IMG/VR virus record: IMGVR_UViG_3300035204_001483
DNA length: 20,000 nucleotides
Reading direction: 5' to 3' (one strand)
DNA from: an uncultured virus (IMG/VR IMGVR_UViG_3300035204_001483)
Taxonomy: Duplodnaviria; Heunggongvirae; Uroviricota; Caudoviricetes
Part shown: positions 7,019 to 15,404 of the stretch, one piece after another
How positions within the stretch are numbered: position 1 is the stretch's first letter
Layout: every line of letters starts with the position of its first letter
Program-made: the position numbers and the translations under genes
The notes under the pieces: generated by a model
Database searches by the model: none
Seen by the model: the letters and a program-made list of their open reading frames with translations, nothing else
Told to the model about the DNA's origin: nothing

Positions 7019-7211
7019 ACATTGGTGCTGTAAAGTAGGCTTATGTAATTTAGACAAATGCGTTTGTGATTGTCACGAGCAACCTAAAGGGCGCAGCAAA
7101 GCTTATTACAAAACGACAACTCCACCCCCACTTAAAGCAAAAGCCTCAACGCCCGAAAAAGCCCCCAAGAAGAAAAACCGCAGTTGGCGTGACGGCCCAA
7201 CCCCCAACTAA
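6993..7211 (+). CDS. small basic Cys-rich hypothetical protein
   Basis: 72 aa, CC-x4-C-x4-CxCxCH cluster, last gene of the plus-strand string. Confidence 0.6.
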   Translation: MKKLWKKIKHWCCKVGLCNLDKCVCDCHEQPKGRSKAYYKTTTPPPLKAKASTPEKAPKKKNRSWRDGPTPN

Positions 7212-8323
7212 ACGTTAAGACCAAGAGCATTCAATCTGCCTCTAAACTTATCGTAGGGAACATGATTGTAAGATAAGTTTTTGGGGTAGGGTATCCAATA
7301 ATCTCTACGTTGCTCCATATCTTTATCGAAAATTCCTTCGGCCATTAAGCTGGCTACGCTAGAAATAGGAAACGCTGTTGCTTTTTGCATGGCGGAAAAT
7401 CCATCTAAATCTCCAAAAATGGCTAGTTCTTCTTTCCATTCTACTTTTTCTCCGTCTACAAATACCTTAACTAAAACAACGTCACCTGTATCGTGTGTAT
7501 CTTTGCACCCTTTTTCAAAAGCTTCTCTAACGCATTCCTCGCTCTGATTTCTGATTAAAAATCTGACTATGTCCCTATGCCCCTCGTATCTTAAGGTTTT
7601 ATAATAGCATTTTTCAACCCCCTTGTCTTTCATGCTAAGGATGGTGTGGGATGCCCCGCCGCTAGTGCAAAACGCTTCTAACTGCCCTAATATACCGCAG
7701 TCTACAGTTTCTCGGTGGCTCATTCCCTCTACTATTTTTATTTGCCCGTCCTCTAACACTTCACAGTCATCTTTATATTCATTTATGAGTCCGTCAATAG
7801 ACCAAGTGACAACGTAATCTAACGGGTGATTTACTTTTGAGGTCGGCAACCCCCCCACCATCATCTTGACTGACGTCACCTGTCTGTGTAATTGTTTGTA
7901 CCCATGTTCCGCTAAAATATTCGCCCATCCAGGGGCCAAACCAAGATCAGTGAACACAGGTTTAGTCGCGTTTTCCTTGGCGTAACTGTTGATGTGATGA
8001 GAGACATCTACTCTGCCGCCCAAGTCACAATAACGAAATCCATTATCTACACACCAGTAAGCAATCTCTTCAGTTTGATGATAAGGCAAGCTACTAATTA
8101 CCACATCTGGTTTTTCATGGGTAAGTAGGACGGTCTCCATCATCTTGTTGGCATCGTTTTGATCCGTTAAATAAAATGCTCCTTCCTTACCTTCAATGTG
8201 CTTCCTGAAATTATTAGCAGCACCCTCATACGAATCTAAACCAACGACATAGAAACCTAGTTTCTTCATGGCGTAGCATATAGCTTCTCCCATTCTGCCT
8301 ACGCCAAGTATTGCCGCTTTCAC
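7208..8323 (-). CDS. saccharopine dehydrogenase family protein (lysine 6-dehydrogenase-like)
   Basis: Rossmann GVGRMG, SSLPY, YCDLGG, DLGLAPGW, VTWSIDGLINEY, YKTLRYEGH, SAMQKATAFP. Confidence 0.88.
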   Translation of the reverse strand: MKAAILGVGRMGEAICYAMKKLGFYVVGLDSYEGAANNFRKHIEGKEGAFYLTDQNDANKMMETVLLTHEKPDVVISSLPYHQTEEIAYWCVDNGFRYCDLGGRVDVSHHINSYAKENATKPVFTDLGLAPGWANILAEHGYKQLHRQVTSVKMMVGGLPTSKVNHPLDYVVTWSIDGLINEYKDDCEVLEDGQIKIVEGMSHRETVDCGILGQLEAFCTSGGASHTILSMKDKGVEKCYYKTLRYEGHRDIVRFLIRNQSEECVREAFEKGCKDTHDTGDVVLVKVFVDGEKVEWKEELAIFGDLDGFSAMQKATAFPISSVASLMAEGIFDKDMEQRRDYWIPYPKNLSYNHVPYDKFRGRLNALGLNV

Positions 8324-8719
8324 TTATTCCCTCCAAGATAATTTTATTAAGTTGTCACCTAAAAATTCCTGCGTGTACCTGATGGCATCCATTGGATCAA
8401 AAGCTTTACAAGTATAGATATCAACAGAAAAAAACCTAGGAGTCCTGTTATCCCAAGTGTAAATATGCATTCCGCTTTCTTTCCAATGAACAAAAGCGCA
8501 CCACCCGTACCTAGGTTCATGATTTAGAACGGGAGAAGTGATTAGCTCCATATTTAATACCGAACTAATCTCCTTAGCGTATTGAGTCATATCTTCAGGT
8601 AAGAAAATATTATGCAACGTACCCTCAATAACCAAACGCTGCCTACAAATGTCGGGAGCTAAATCTACCCAAGTTTCGCCTTTCGGCCCAGCTACCCCTT
8701 TGTGACCTGCCCAACTCAT
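8324..8719 (-). CDS. pyruvoyl-dependent decarboxylase proenzyme (AdoMetDC/SpeD-SpeH fold)
   Basis: E-S autocleavage motif (WKESGMHIYTW) and downstream SVDIYTCKAFD. Confidence 0.75.
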   Translation of the reverse strand: MSWAGHKGVAGPKGETWVDLAPDICRQRLVIEGTLHNIFLPEDMTQYAKEISSVLNMELITSPVLNHEPRYGWCAFVHWKESGMHIYTWDNRTPRFFSVDIYTCKAFDPMDAIRYTQEFLGDNLIKLSWRE

Positions 8720-8732
8720 TATCTACGTCTCC

Positions 8733-9128
8733 TCATAGCTCTTCAATCCTTTTTGCTTTGTCATCGATTACCATATCGCAAGCGGGCTTTATGTATTTAC
8801 CTTTTGATCCCGTGGAAAGGTCATGGAACTTACACCCCCAAAACTCTAGTTGGCTCCAAGTGAACTCATAGTAGCATTTTCCCAAAGCTCTAGATTTTTT
8901 TGAGCCACCCCTAGCTGTCCAGTAAATAACGTACCAACCCTCATCATATAATTTATTTATTTTGGCTATGTTCTCTTGGTTTGGTTCTGCAAGATCATAT
9001 TGCCTCTTGCCTGAGTAAAAGCAAATTGTTTCGTCTATGTCTACCAATACTACGCGCCTGTCATCGGAAGAAAACTTCTTTGATTCGTGAAATTCCATAT
9101 ATTGTGCTGCTTCTGGGTGTTGGTACAT
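8733..9128 (-). CDS. small HAD-superfamily phosphatase
   Basis: Motif I VDIDETI, motif II WTARG, KP and IDDK motifs. Confidence 0.8.
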   Translation of the reverse strand: MYQHPEAAQYMEFHESKKFSSDDRRVVLVDIDETICFYSGKRQYDLAEPNQENIAKINKLYDEGWYVIYWTARGGSKKSRALGKCYYEFTWSQLEFWGCKFHDLSTGSKGKYIKPACDMVIDDKAKRIEEL

Positions 9129-9130
9129 TC

Positions 9131-9406
9131 TTATTCGTTTTTTTGTCTAAATCTTTTTACTCCATACCTTATGGCAAATAAAACTGTTAAGGTGATGGCG
9201 CAATACAGAAGTAAATTTGTTACCGTCTTCGTGGTGACGGGTACTTTATGTGTCGGTGGAACAATTATTTTCTTTGGCTGCTCCGTCCGCTCAACCTTTT
9301 CTCCCTTATCCCAGCCAACTAAGTTTTTGACAGCTTTGCATCCCGTGAAGCAGAAAATCGCACACAATAAATATATTTTTATATTTTTAATACTATCCCT
9401 TTTCAT
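9131..9406 (-). CDS. putative lipoprotein with C-terminal TM helix
   Basis: Lipobox FTGC, short Pro-containing linker, TM LLLYCAITLTVLFAI, basic tail. Confidence 0.7.
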   Translation of the reverse strand: MKRDSIKNIKIYLLCAIFCFTGCKAVKNLVGWDKGEKVERTEQPKKIIVPPTHKVPVTTKTVTNLLLYCAITLTVLFAIRYGVKRFRQKNE

Positions 9407-9407
9407 G

Positions 9408-10922
9408 TCACTTCATTCCTTGTGGGAAAGTAAGCGTATCTGCATGGTTAACCGTCCAGCTTACTTCGTGAGTCACCGCTCTATATGTTCTAGCTGCGCT
9501 TGGGAAACCGTTTCCAGATTTTTTGACCCCGCCAAACGCAAGGTGTGATTCAGCGGCAATTGAGCCTCCGTTCCAATAAATCATTCCTGCGTCACACTCT
9601 TCCCTCATTATTCTCGCTTTTCTAAAGTCATTCGTTAGAACTCCCACGGCAAGGCCATAGTCAGTATCATTATAGATACGTATTGCATCATCAATCGTGT
9701 CAAAAGGAATAATGGCTACGTGAGGCCCAAAAACCTCGTTTTTTAAATATGGTACATCTCTCCACTCGGTCTGATAAACCAAAGGGGTAGAATAAAAAGC
9801 TTTACCGTTTATAGAGTCATAACTTGGACGCAGTAAGACTTCTACATCTCCATCATCCAAAACCATGCTATTATATTTTTCAACCTTTTCAAACCCCTGC
9901 TTGTTAACGATAGGGCCATAAAAAACGCTTTCATCAATATCGTAATCTTCCCAAGATGGTTGGTCATGACCACTCTTTAGGAATGGGTTGCCCGTTTTTA
10001 ATTCTTGAGCCTTTCTGGCGAACTTATGAGCAAAATCGTCGTAAATATCTCTTTGCACTATCATCCTGCCGGAAGAAACACACCTTTGACCGGAAAGCTT
10101 AAAAGCACTAGCTACCGCTGAAGATACAGCTAAGTCAGGTTCGACATCATTAAAAATGATACACGCAGATTTACTGCCCATTTCGCAAGATGTAGTTTTG
10201 TGCCAACTCGCGGCAGCTACTTTTCTAATATGTTGGCCAACTTCGGCACTACCAGTAAAACAAATATGATCAACATTATCGCGAGCCAAAAGGTCACCAG
10301 TATTCCCATCGCCATGAACCAAATTAATGACTCCATGAGGAAGACCAGCTTCTTCATAAATTTCCACAGCCATTTGTGTTGACATCGGCGCATCTTCACT
10401 AGGTTTAATCACAACCGTATTTCCCTCAACGATGGCTGGGGCAGCGCACCAGTAAGCTCCGATAGCTAGAGGAAAATTAAACGGAGATATAATAGCTATT
10501 ACACCCTTGGGCTTACGTAACATATAAGAATCTTTATCTTCTATCTCGGAAGAGACAGCTTCCCCGTGAGAATACCTACCAGAACTAAAAGCGAATTGAG
10601 CCATATGAAGAGCTTCGTTTACTTCAGCTATGCTTTCGTTATAGTTTTTGCCTGTTTCTAAGGAAATTACTGTAGCTAGTTCTTCTTTGCGTCTTTCTAT
10701 TATTTTAGAAACTTTATACATATAGTCAGAGCGCACAAAACGACTGACCTTCTTCCATTTATGAAAGGTTCGTCTTGCTAACCCCACCGCTTTTGATACA
10801 CCATTAAGTTCAGTTTGAGGAAAGACTCCTAAAGTTTCTCCCGTGGAAGGATTTAACTTTGTATACATTTCTGATGTAACTTCCCACTTTCCGTCAATAT
10901 AATTTTTTCCTTCTAACTCCAT
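9408..10922 (-). CDS. NAD(P)+-dependent aldehyde dehydrogenase
   Basis: SPFNFP, KPSE, FTGSAEVG, catalytic Glu in CEMGSK, catalytic Cys in SGQRC, EVFGP, FGGVKKSGNG. Confidence 0.95.
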   Translation of the reverse strand: MELEGKNYIDGKWEVTSEMYTKLNPSTGETLGVFPQTELNGVSKAVGLARRTFHKWKKVSRFVRSDYMYKVSKIIERRKEELATVISLETGKNYNESIAEVNEALHMAQFAFSSGRYSHGEAVSSEIEDKDSYMLRKPKGVIAIISPFNFPLAIGAYWCAAPAIVEGNTVVIKPSEDAPMSTQMAVEIYEEAGLPHGVINLVHGDGNTGDLLARDNVDHICFTGSAEVGQHIRKVAAASWHKTTSCEMGSKSACIIFNDVEPDLAVSSAVASAFKLSGQRCVSSGRMIVQRDIYDDFAHKFARKAQELKTGNPFLKSGHDQPSWEDYDIDESVFYGPIVNKQGFEKVEKYNSMVLDDGDVEVLLRPSYDSINGKAFYSTPLVYQTEWRDVPYLKNEVFGPHVAIIPFDTIDDAIRIYNDTDYGLAVGVLTNDFRKARIMREECDAGMIYWNGGSIAAESHLAFGGVKKSGNGFPSAARTYRAVTHEVSWTVNHADTLTFPQGMK

Positions 10923-10923
10923 T

Positions 10924-11487
10924 TTATTGTCCCTTTGTGCTTTCCATTAGGTTTTTGACGTTATCTTTGCAAAACCCCTGCCCAGTCCTATTAATAAGCT
11001 CGTAAATGACTCCCGTCAACTCAGAAGGCTTTGTAAAGACCTGTGTTAACCCAGGACATTGCAGAGGCTCTTCAGAAAGAAACTCAGCATACCCCAACTC
11101 CTTCCATGAGTCCATTGTAGTTTGTACGTCATCGACTTGATAAGCTATATGGTGAATGCCTCCTACGCCTCCTCGCTCCGCCACCCAATCACCAACAATT
11201 GAACCAAGAAGGCCATCGCTAACAAAAATTTCAGGTGGCGCATGATATCCATGAAATTTGACCTCCTCATCGGAAGACTTTGTGGGTTGATCCGCTAGTA
11301 ACACGTCCCACTCAACTGTATCTGGATGACGCTCCTCTGGAGGGGTCAACGCTAGGCAGTCTGCCTTCGACTTATCATCAAATTCAATTTGAAATTCAGT
11401 TCCCACATTATACCCAAAAGCCTCCCTAAAGAATTTGGCGGTCTTAAGCCTGTCTTTCGTACGGTAAGCTATGTGGTCAAGTCTCAT
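10924..11487 (-). CDS. VOC (glyoxalase/HPPD/HglS-like) superfamily metalloenzyme
   Basis: RLDHIAY, GGIHHIAYQVDDV, IYELINR...GF...LMEST: metal-ligand H/H/E pattern of VOC dioxygenases. Confidence 0.8.
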   Translation of the reverse strand: MRLDHIAYRTKDRLKTAKFFREAFGYNVGTEFQIEFDDKSKADCLALTPPEERHPDTVEWDVLLADQPTKSSDEEVKFHGYHAPPEIFVSDGLLGSIVGDWVAERGGVGGIHHIAYQVDDVQTTMDSWKELGYAEFLSEEPLQCPGLTQVFTKPSELTGVIYELINRTGQGFCKDNVKNLMESTKGQ

Positions 11488-11554
11488 GTTTATTATATTA
11501 GTCTTACTTTTATTTTCTACTTAGAAATAGGAACCCCGCATTAATATTATACTT

Positions 11555-11965
11555 ATGCCCAAAAAGCGTAGGAAAAAGAATCCTTGGAAAAAGCTGATGG
11601 GTAATTTACGCCTAAATGGGCATAAGAAAAAAGAACATGGCAGAGGTAATCCAAATCACGGGATATTAGGCTCTTCGCCAAGAAGAATTATAAATGTCAC
11701 AGAAAAGGACTTAAAACAAGTATACGAAAACCAAAAGGGGGAATGTTATTGGTTCGGAATAAAATTAAACCCTATGGACATTTTTATCACCCATAACCCA
11801 ATGGCAATGAGCGTAGACAGAATAGATAACAGCAAAGACTACCTCAAAGACAATATCGTTATTTGTTGCCGCATGGCGAACTTAGGCCGAAGCACTTGTG
11901 ATTATAAAAAATTTAAAAAAATAATAAAAAACTTAAAAAATGAAATCTCGCAAAATAATAAATAG
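11555..11965 (+). CDS. HNH-like (His-Me finger) nuclease-family protein
   Basis: QKGECYWFG...SVDRIDNSKDYLKDNIVICC...N motif common in phage HNH-like proteins. Confidence 0.75.
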   Translation: MPKKRRKKNPWKKLMGNLRLNGHKKKEHGRGNPNHGILGSSPRRIINVTEKDLKQVYENQKGECYWFGIKLNPMDIFITHNPMAMSVDRIDNSKDYLKDNIVICCRMANLGRSTCDYKKFKKIIKNLKNEISQNNK

Positions 11966-12473
11966 CCTGTGGAGAATAGCCGCTTTATTTTTATTTCTTT
12001 ATGTTATTTTTGGCTATCAATTCCGACTCACCTACAACAAGGGAGAAAGTATGGAGCCAACCTATTCAAATGGAGAGTGGATGATTGTAGAGAAAAGAAA
12101 TTGCTTACCAAAAAACTGGGCTCCTCAAAGACACGACATTATTATTATAGAAGAGGATGGGCTTAACGAAAATCTCTGCAAAAGAGTAATAGGAACCCCA
12201 GGGGATAAGCTAGAAATCAAGAGGGGCTATATCTTTTTAAATGAAAAAAAATTGCAAGACCCTTTTGGTAAAGGAGCAATATCTTATTATTTAACCGACG
12301 AAAACGATGAAGACTTATACTACTGGGGTACGCGAGACAAAGTCATACAATACGTAGATCAAAAACAAATGACTATACCTGAGGGGTTCGTCTGGGTAAT
12401 TGGAGATAACAGAGAAGCCTCTTGGTTTGGACTACTCCCAATAAAAAACATCAAGGGGCTGGTCGCCCTCTAA
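11940..12473 (+). CDS. lepB: signal peptidase I (peptidase S26)
   Basis: N-terminal TM, GESMEPT (catalytic Ser), KRVIG (catalytic Lys), GDNREAS box E. Confidence 0.92.
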   Translation: MKSRKIINSLWRIAALFLFLYVIFGYQFRLTYNKGESMEPTYSNGEWMIVEKRNCLPKNWAPQRHDIIIIEEDGLNENLCKRVIGTPGDKLEIKRGYIFLNEKKLQDPFGKGAISYYLTDENDEDLYYWGTRDKVIQYVDQKQMTIPEGFVWVIGDNREASWFGLLPIKNIKGLVAL

Positions 12474-13063
12474 CCCTGAAGCATCGCTGTCCAAGTAAAG
12501 TAGACGTTTTCCTCCGTCTCTTCTGGGGGGAAAACCATAAACCTTTGAAGCCACGAAGGAATCACTATCATCTTCCCCTCATGTAGCTCCATAACAAAAA
12601 CGTCAGAATTAAAAACGTTTACATTAGTGATATTTGGCCTAATTGCCCAAGCTTGCATACGTGGGTCATTCAAAATTACTCTACCCCCTCCAGCCTTAAG
12701 GCAATAAATCCCACTAAAAACGTTATTAGAATAAACCTCTGGAGGCGATCTGTCTGCCTCTGTGACTGTATGAGCGGTAAGGCTTGTCAATGAAACCTCA
12801 TCATACTGAAAAGATAAGAAATCTAAAGCGTGCCGCACGGACTCCAAAGCACATTTTTTGAATTTTTCAAAGTCCTCACTCATGTGCAAGGTGTTCTGGG
12901 TAGACCAATTAGGTAACCCGCTCGGATTTTTAATCTTCTGCAAGGCATCAAATAAAGAATCGTTCAGGTCTTCCGATTCTTCCACATCGAGCTCGAAAAC
13001 GTTCGTTGGAAAAATGGGGATATGTTTTGGGCCTTTCGGCGTTTCTTCACTTTTATTCTCCAT
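12470..13063 (-). CDS. TIGR02466-like 2OG-Fe(II) oxygenase-fold protein with degenerate metal ligands
   Basis: IFPT, FSGIYCL, DPR, EGKMIVIPSWL match the family, but HxH is replaced by EVY and the distal His by R. Confidence 0.7.
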   Translation of the reverse strand: MENKSEETPKGPKHIPIFPTNVFELDVEESEDLNDSLFDALQKIKNPSGLPNWSTQNTLHMSEDFEKFKKCALESVRHALDFLSFQYDEVSLTSLTAHTVTEADRSPPEVYSNNVFSGIYCLKAGGGRVILNDPRMQAWAIRPNITNVNVFNSDVFVMELHEGKMIVIPSWLQRFMVFPPEETEENVYFTWTAMLQG

Positions 13064-13325
13064 AATTAAATCCTTCTACTCCCTTACCGTTCCAAGGGTA
13101 CTCTCCGTCGTGAGTTTTTACAACTTTATTTTTGTGGTTTAGCTTTAAGTACTTTATTGTTCCAACGGAGTCCAATAGGGTATCTACGTCTTTAATTGCT
13201 ACCGTAGCCCTCTTCTTTTCGTCATCACGGAAAAGTATATGGGTTGCCCCTGTGGGAGGACGGGGCAAATATATATCTCCGACTTTCCTATAAGGCTTCT
13301 TTTTAAACGGCATCTGCTTCCTCAA
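13053..13325 (-). CDS. hypothetical protein
   Basis: 90-aa ORF overlapping both neighbours. Confidence 0.65.
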   Translation of the reverse strand: MRKQMPFKKKPYRKVGDIYLPRPPTGATHILFRDDEKKRATVAIKDVDTLLDSVGTIKYLKLNHKNKVVKTHDGEYPWNGKGVEGFNYGE

Positions 13326-14241
13326 AAAAATGCTGCAAGTCTTTTTTTCTTTTCTGCAAAGTAAAACGTAACTTACGAAAAGCTATCGCCTCAATTTGCC
13401 TAATTCGTTCTCGCGTGACTTTATATTTTTTCCCAATTTTTTCAAGGGTGTTTTTGTCTCTTACTCCAAACCCAAAACGAAGTTTTAAGATGTCCATCTC
13501 TCTTCTGGTAAGTCTTTCCTCCATTAATTTACGTAACTGTTTGAATCTATCATTCATCTCCGCCTCTTTGTCTGGGCTCAAGAAAGAAATGTCAGGAATT
13601 AAATCTCCTATCTCTTGATCCTCTTCTTCTCCTATTTTCTTATCCAAAGAAACGATTCCCTCTCTCGTAAATACTATGTTTTCAACCTGCAAAAGCGTCA
13701 TCTTTAAGCCTATCGCGATCTCATCAGGCGAGGGGTCTTGATCAAACTGATCTTTGTACTTTTGAATAAACTCAAAGACCTTTTTTGTTTTGCCTTGATA
13801 GTGAACGGGTAGTCTAATTAAATTTCCCTTATTTGCTATGGCTCTCAAAATGTTTTGCTTAATCCACCAAACCGCATAAGTAGAAAATTTTACGGTATTG
13901 CCATTTTTAGCTACTATTCCAGGTTTGTATTTATCTGCTGCTGTAGCAAGCCCGATATTGCCCTCGCTTATCAAATCGATATCATCCATCCTGCCTTTGT
14001 ATTTTCTGGCAACGCTTACTACGAGGCGCAAGTTGGACAGTATCATCTTTTCTCTGGCCGCTATGCCAGCTTTACGAGTGTATTGACCAGCTTTTCTGTT
14101 GTTTTTCCATTTTTGAATTTTAGTTGCAAGAATCTGCTCTTCCTCTCTTTTTAAAAGCGGGGTATTCAAAGCTTGGTTCGAGTACATAGTCATTAAGTCT
14201 CGGCTTTGGCTTAAGCTTTCGTATGGTTCAGTCTCTCCCAT
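13303..14241 (-). CDS. RNA polymerase sigma-70 factor, RpoD/RpoS-like (regions 1.2-4, no region 1.1)
   Basis: PLLKREEE (1.2), SNLRLVVSVARKY, DLISEGNIGL, KFSTYAVWWIKQ, IRLPVH, TRERIRQIE; start set at ATG 14241 (TAATG overlap with upstream gene). Confidence 0.95.
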   Translation of the reverse strand: MGETEPYESLSQSRDLMTMYSNQALNTPLLKREEEQILATKIQKWKNNRKAGQYTRKAGIAAREKMILSNLRLVVSVARKYKGRMDDIDLISEGNIGLATAADKYKPGIVAKNGNTVKFSTYAVWWIKQNILRAIANKGNLIRLPVHYQGKTKKVFEFIQKYKDQFDQDPSPDEIAIGLKMTLLQVENIVFTREGIVSLDKKIGEEEDQEIGDLIPDISFLSPDKEAEMNDRFKQLRKLMEERLTRREMDILKLRFGFGVRDKNTLEKIGKKYKVTRERIRQIEAIAFRKLRFTLQKRKKDLQHFFEEADAV

Positions 14242-14780
14242 TATCTTAATTCCTTTCTCAAAAGTCTCCATCTATCGCTGTCTATTTTTTTCTCACCACT
14301 ATCTATGCTTTTTAACATAGACACAACCTCTTCAACACTATCGTAAATGTAATGATGCGGAAGCATACCCATAATCCAAAGGGGGGTTGCATGTTTGCCA
14401 CCTTCCATAGAAATGAAAATTGGTTTTTTCATTCTAACAGCGGTAACGAGTTCTTCTGCGCTCCCCCAACTAGCGACCTCTGGCAAAAGGTGGGCTATAA
14501 TAAAATCAGACCTATCAACAAGATTTAAATCGTAACTGCGAACAAGGCTCATTCTCTCTGCTACGTCGTTGAAATAACCGTGTTTCTGACAATGATCTAA
14601 TGAAAGACGGGTGTCTTCGTCTTCTTTTACATCTTTAACGAATGGCTTTTTATAAGGGTTAAAAGTGACGATATTTAATCCCGCCAACTCCTCTTCAACG
14701 TACTCCCTCCAGTCACGACCATTAGCGTATTGCATGTGGCCCACTAAGTAGGTACGAGTTTTATACAAAACATTTTCCAT
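14241..14780 (-). CDS. nucleoside 2-deoxyribosyltransferase-like protein
   Basis: TYLVGHM, WRE, FNPY, DLNLVDRSD, SWGSAEE, KPI motifs of the NDT/RCL fold. Confidence 0.75.
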   Translation of the reverse strand: MENVLYKTRTYLVGHMQYANGRDWREYVEEELAGLNIVTFNPYKKPFVKDVKEDEDTRLSLDHCQKHGYFNDVAERMSLVRSYDLNLVDRSDFIIAHLLPEVASWGSAEELVTAVRMKKPIFISMEGGKHATPLWIMGMLPHHYIYDSVEEVVSMLKSIDSGEKKIDSDRWRLLRKELR

Positions 14781-14820
14781 TACCGTTCTAAAAGAAAGGT
14801 AAAACGTTTCGGAAAATATG

Positions 14821-15030
14821 TCAAGCGAAATTTCTCTTCAAAGACTCCAAACAGTCCTCGGCGTTGGCTAATGACTCTAACTGTTTAGCCATTTCCTCCA
14901 CGATTTGTGGGTGCTCCCCAATACCAGCGGCGTTTTTATAATAAACGTCCAAGGTCGCAAGGGCTTCTGCCTTTTGTGCTTCGTACTTTGATTTTAAAGC
15001 ATTATATAATAATTTATTATTTTTTTTCAT
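14821..15030 (-). CDS. conserved phage hypothetical protein (GIGEH motif)
   Basis: AGIGEHPQI motif flanked by helices, recalled from marine myovirus hypotheticals. Confidence 0.7.
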   Translation of the reverse strand: MKKNNKLLYNALKSKYEAQKAEALATLDVYYKNAAGIGEHPQIVEEMAKQLESLANAEDCLESLKRNFA

Positions 15031-15400
15031 ATTCTAATTCTAGTGTTTGCTTCTCTTTCTCCCTCGTAATAAAATTATACATAGCTTTAGCCAAATCCTC
15101 TGGGGTGTTTTTGTCGTCACCTTCGGGTTGTACGTACCCATTTGAGTTAGTATAACCCATTAGATACCATAACGTATTATGAACCTCACTCAGAATCTCT
15201 TCGTCTGATAGTGTCCAATTACGAAATAAAGTCTGTAGTCTTAATTTTTCGTCGGGTGCTGCATCTGGCACATAATAATTAACTTGTTCGTGCGAAACGT
15301 AACCTTGCACTTCTGCCACTTTGAACAGTTCATTCACTCTTGCGTTGAGAGGTTTTTTCAACAACTTCTCTCGGTCTGGATAATCAAAAAAGTCAGGCAT
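15017..15400 (-). CDS. hypothetical protein containing a sigma70 region 1.1-like segment
   Basis: VNELFKVAEVQGYVSHEQVNYYVPD resembles the region 1.1 pattern (vkeLi..gk.qGylty.eine.lP); start at ATG 15400 just after the upstream stop. Confidence 0.55.
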   Translation of the reverse strand: MPDFFDYPDREKLLKKPLNARVNELFKVAEVQGYVSHEQVNYYVPDAAPDEKLRLQTLFRNWTLSDEEILSEVHNTLWYLMGYTNSNGYVQPEGDDKNTPEDLAKAMYNFITREKEKQTLELEYEKK

Positions 15401-15404
15401 TTTA

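Noticed and set aside
6634..7022. Minus-strand ORFs 6634..6960 and 6753..7022 (also 5477..5707, 6194..6394)
   Set aside because: Antisense to a coherent, translationally coupled plus-strand string
9087..9548. 153-aa plus-strand ORF and other shadow ORFs within the ALDH, sigma and dehydrogenase genes
   Set aside because: Antisense or out-of-frame overlaps with confidently assigned genes
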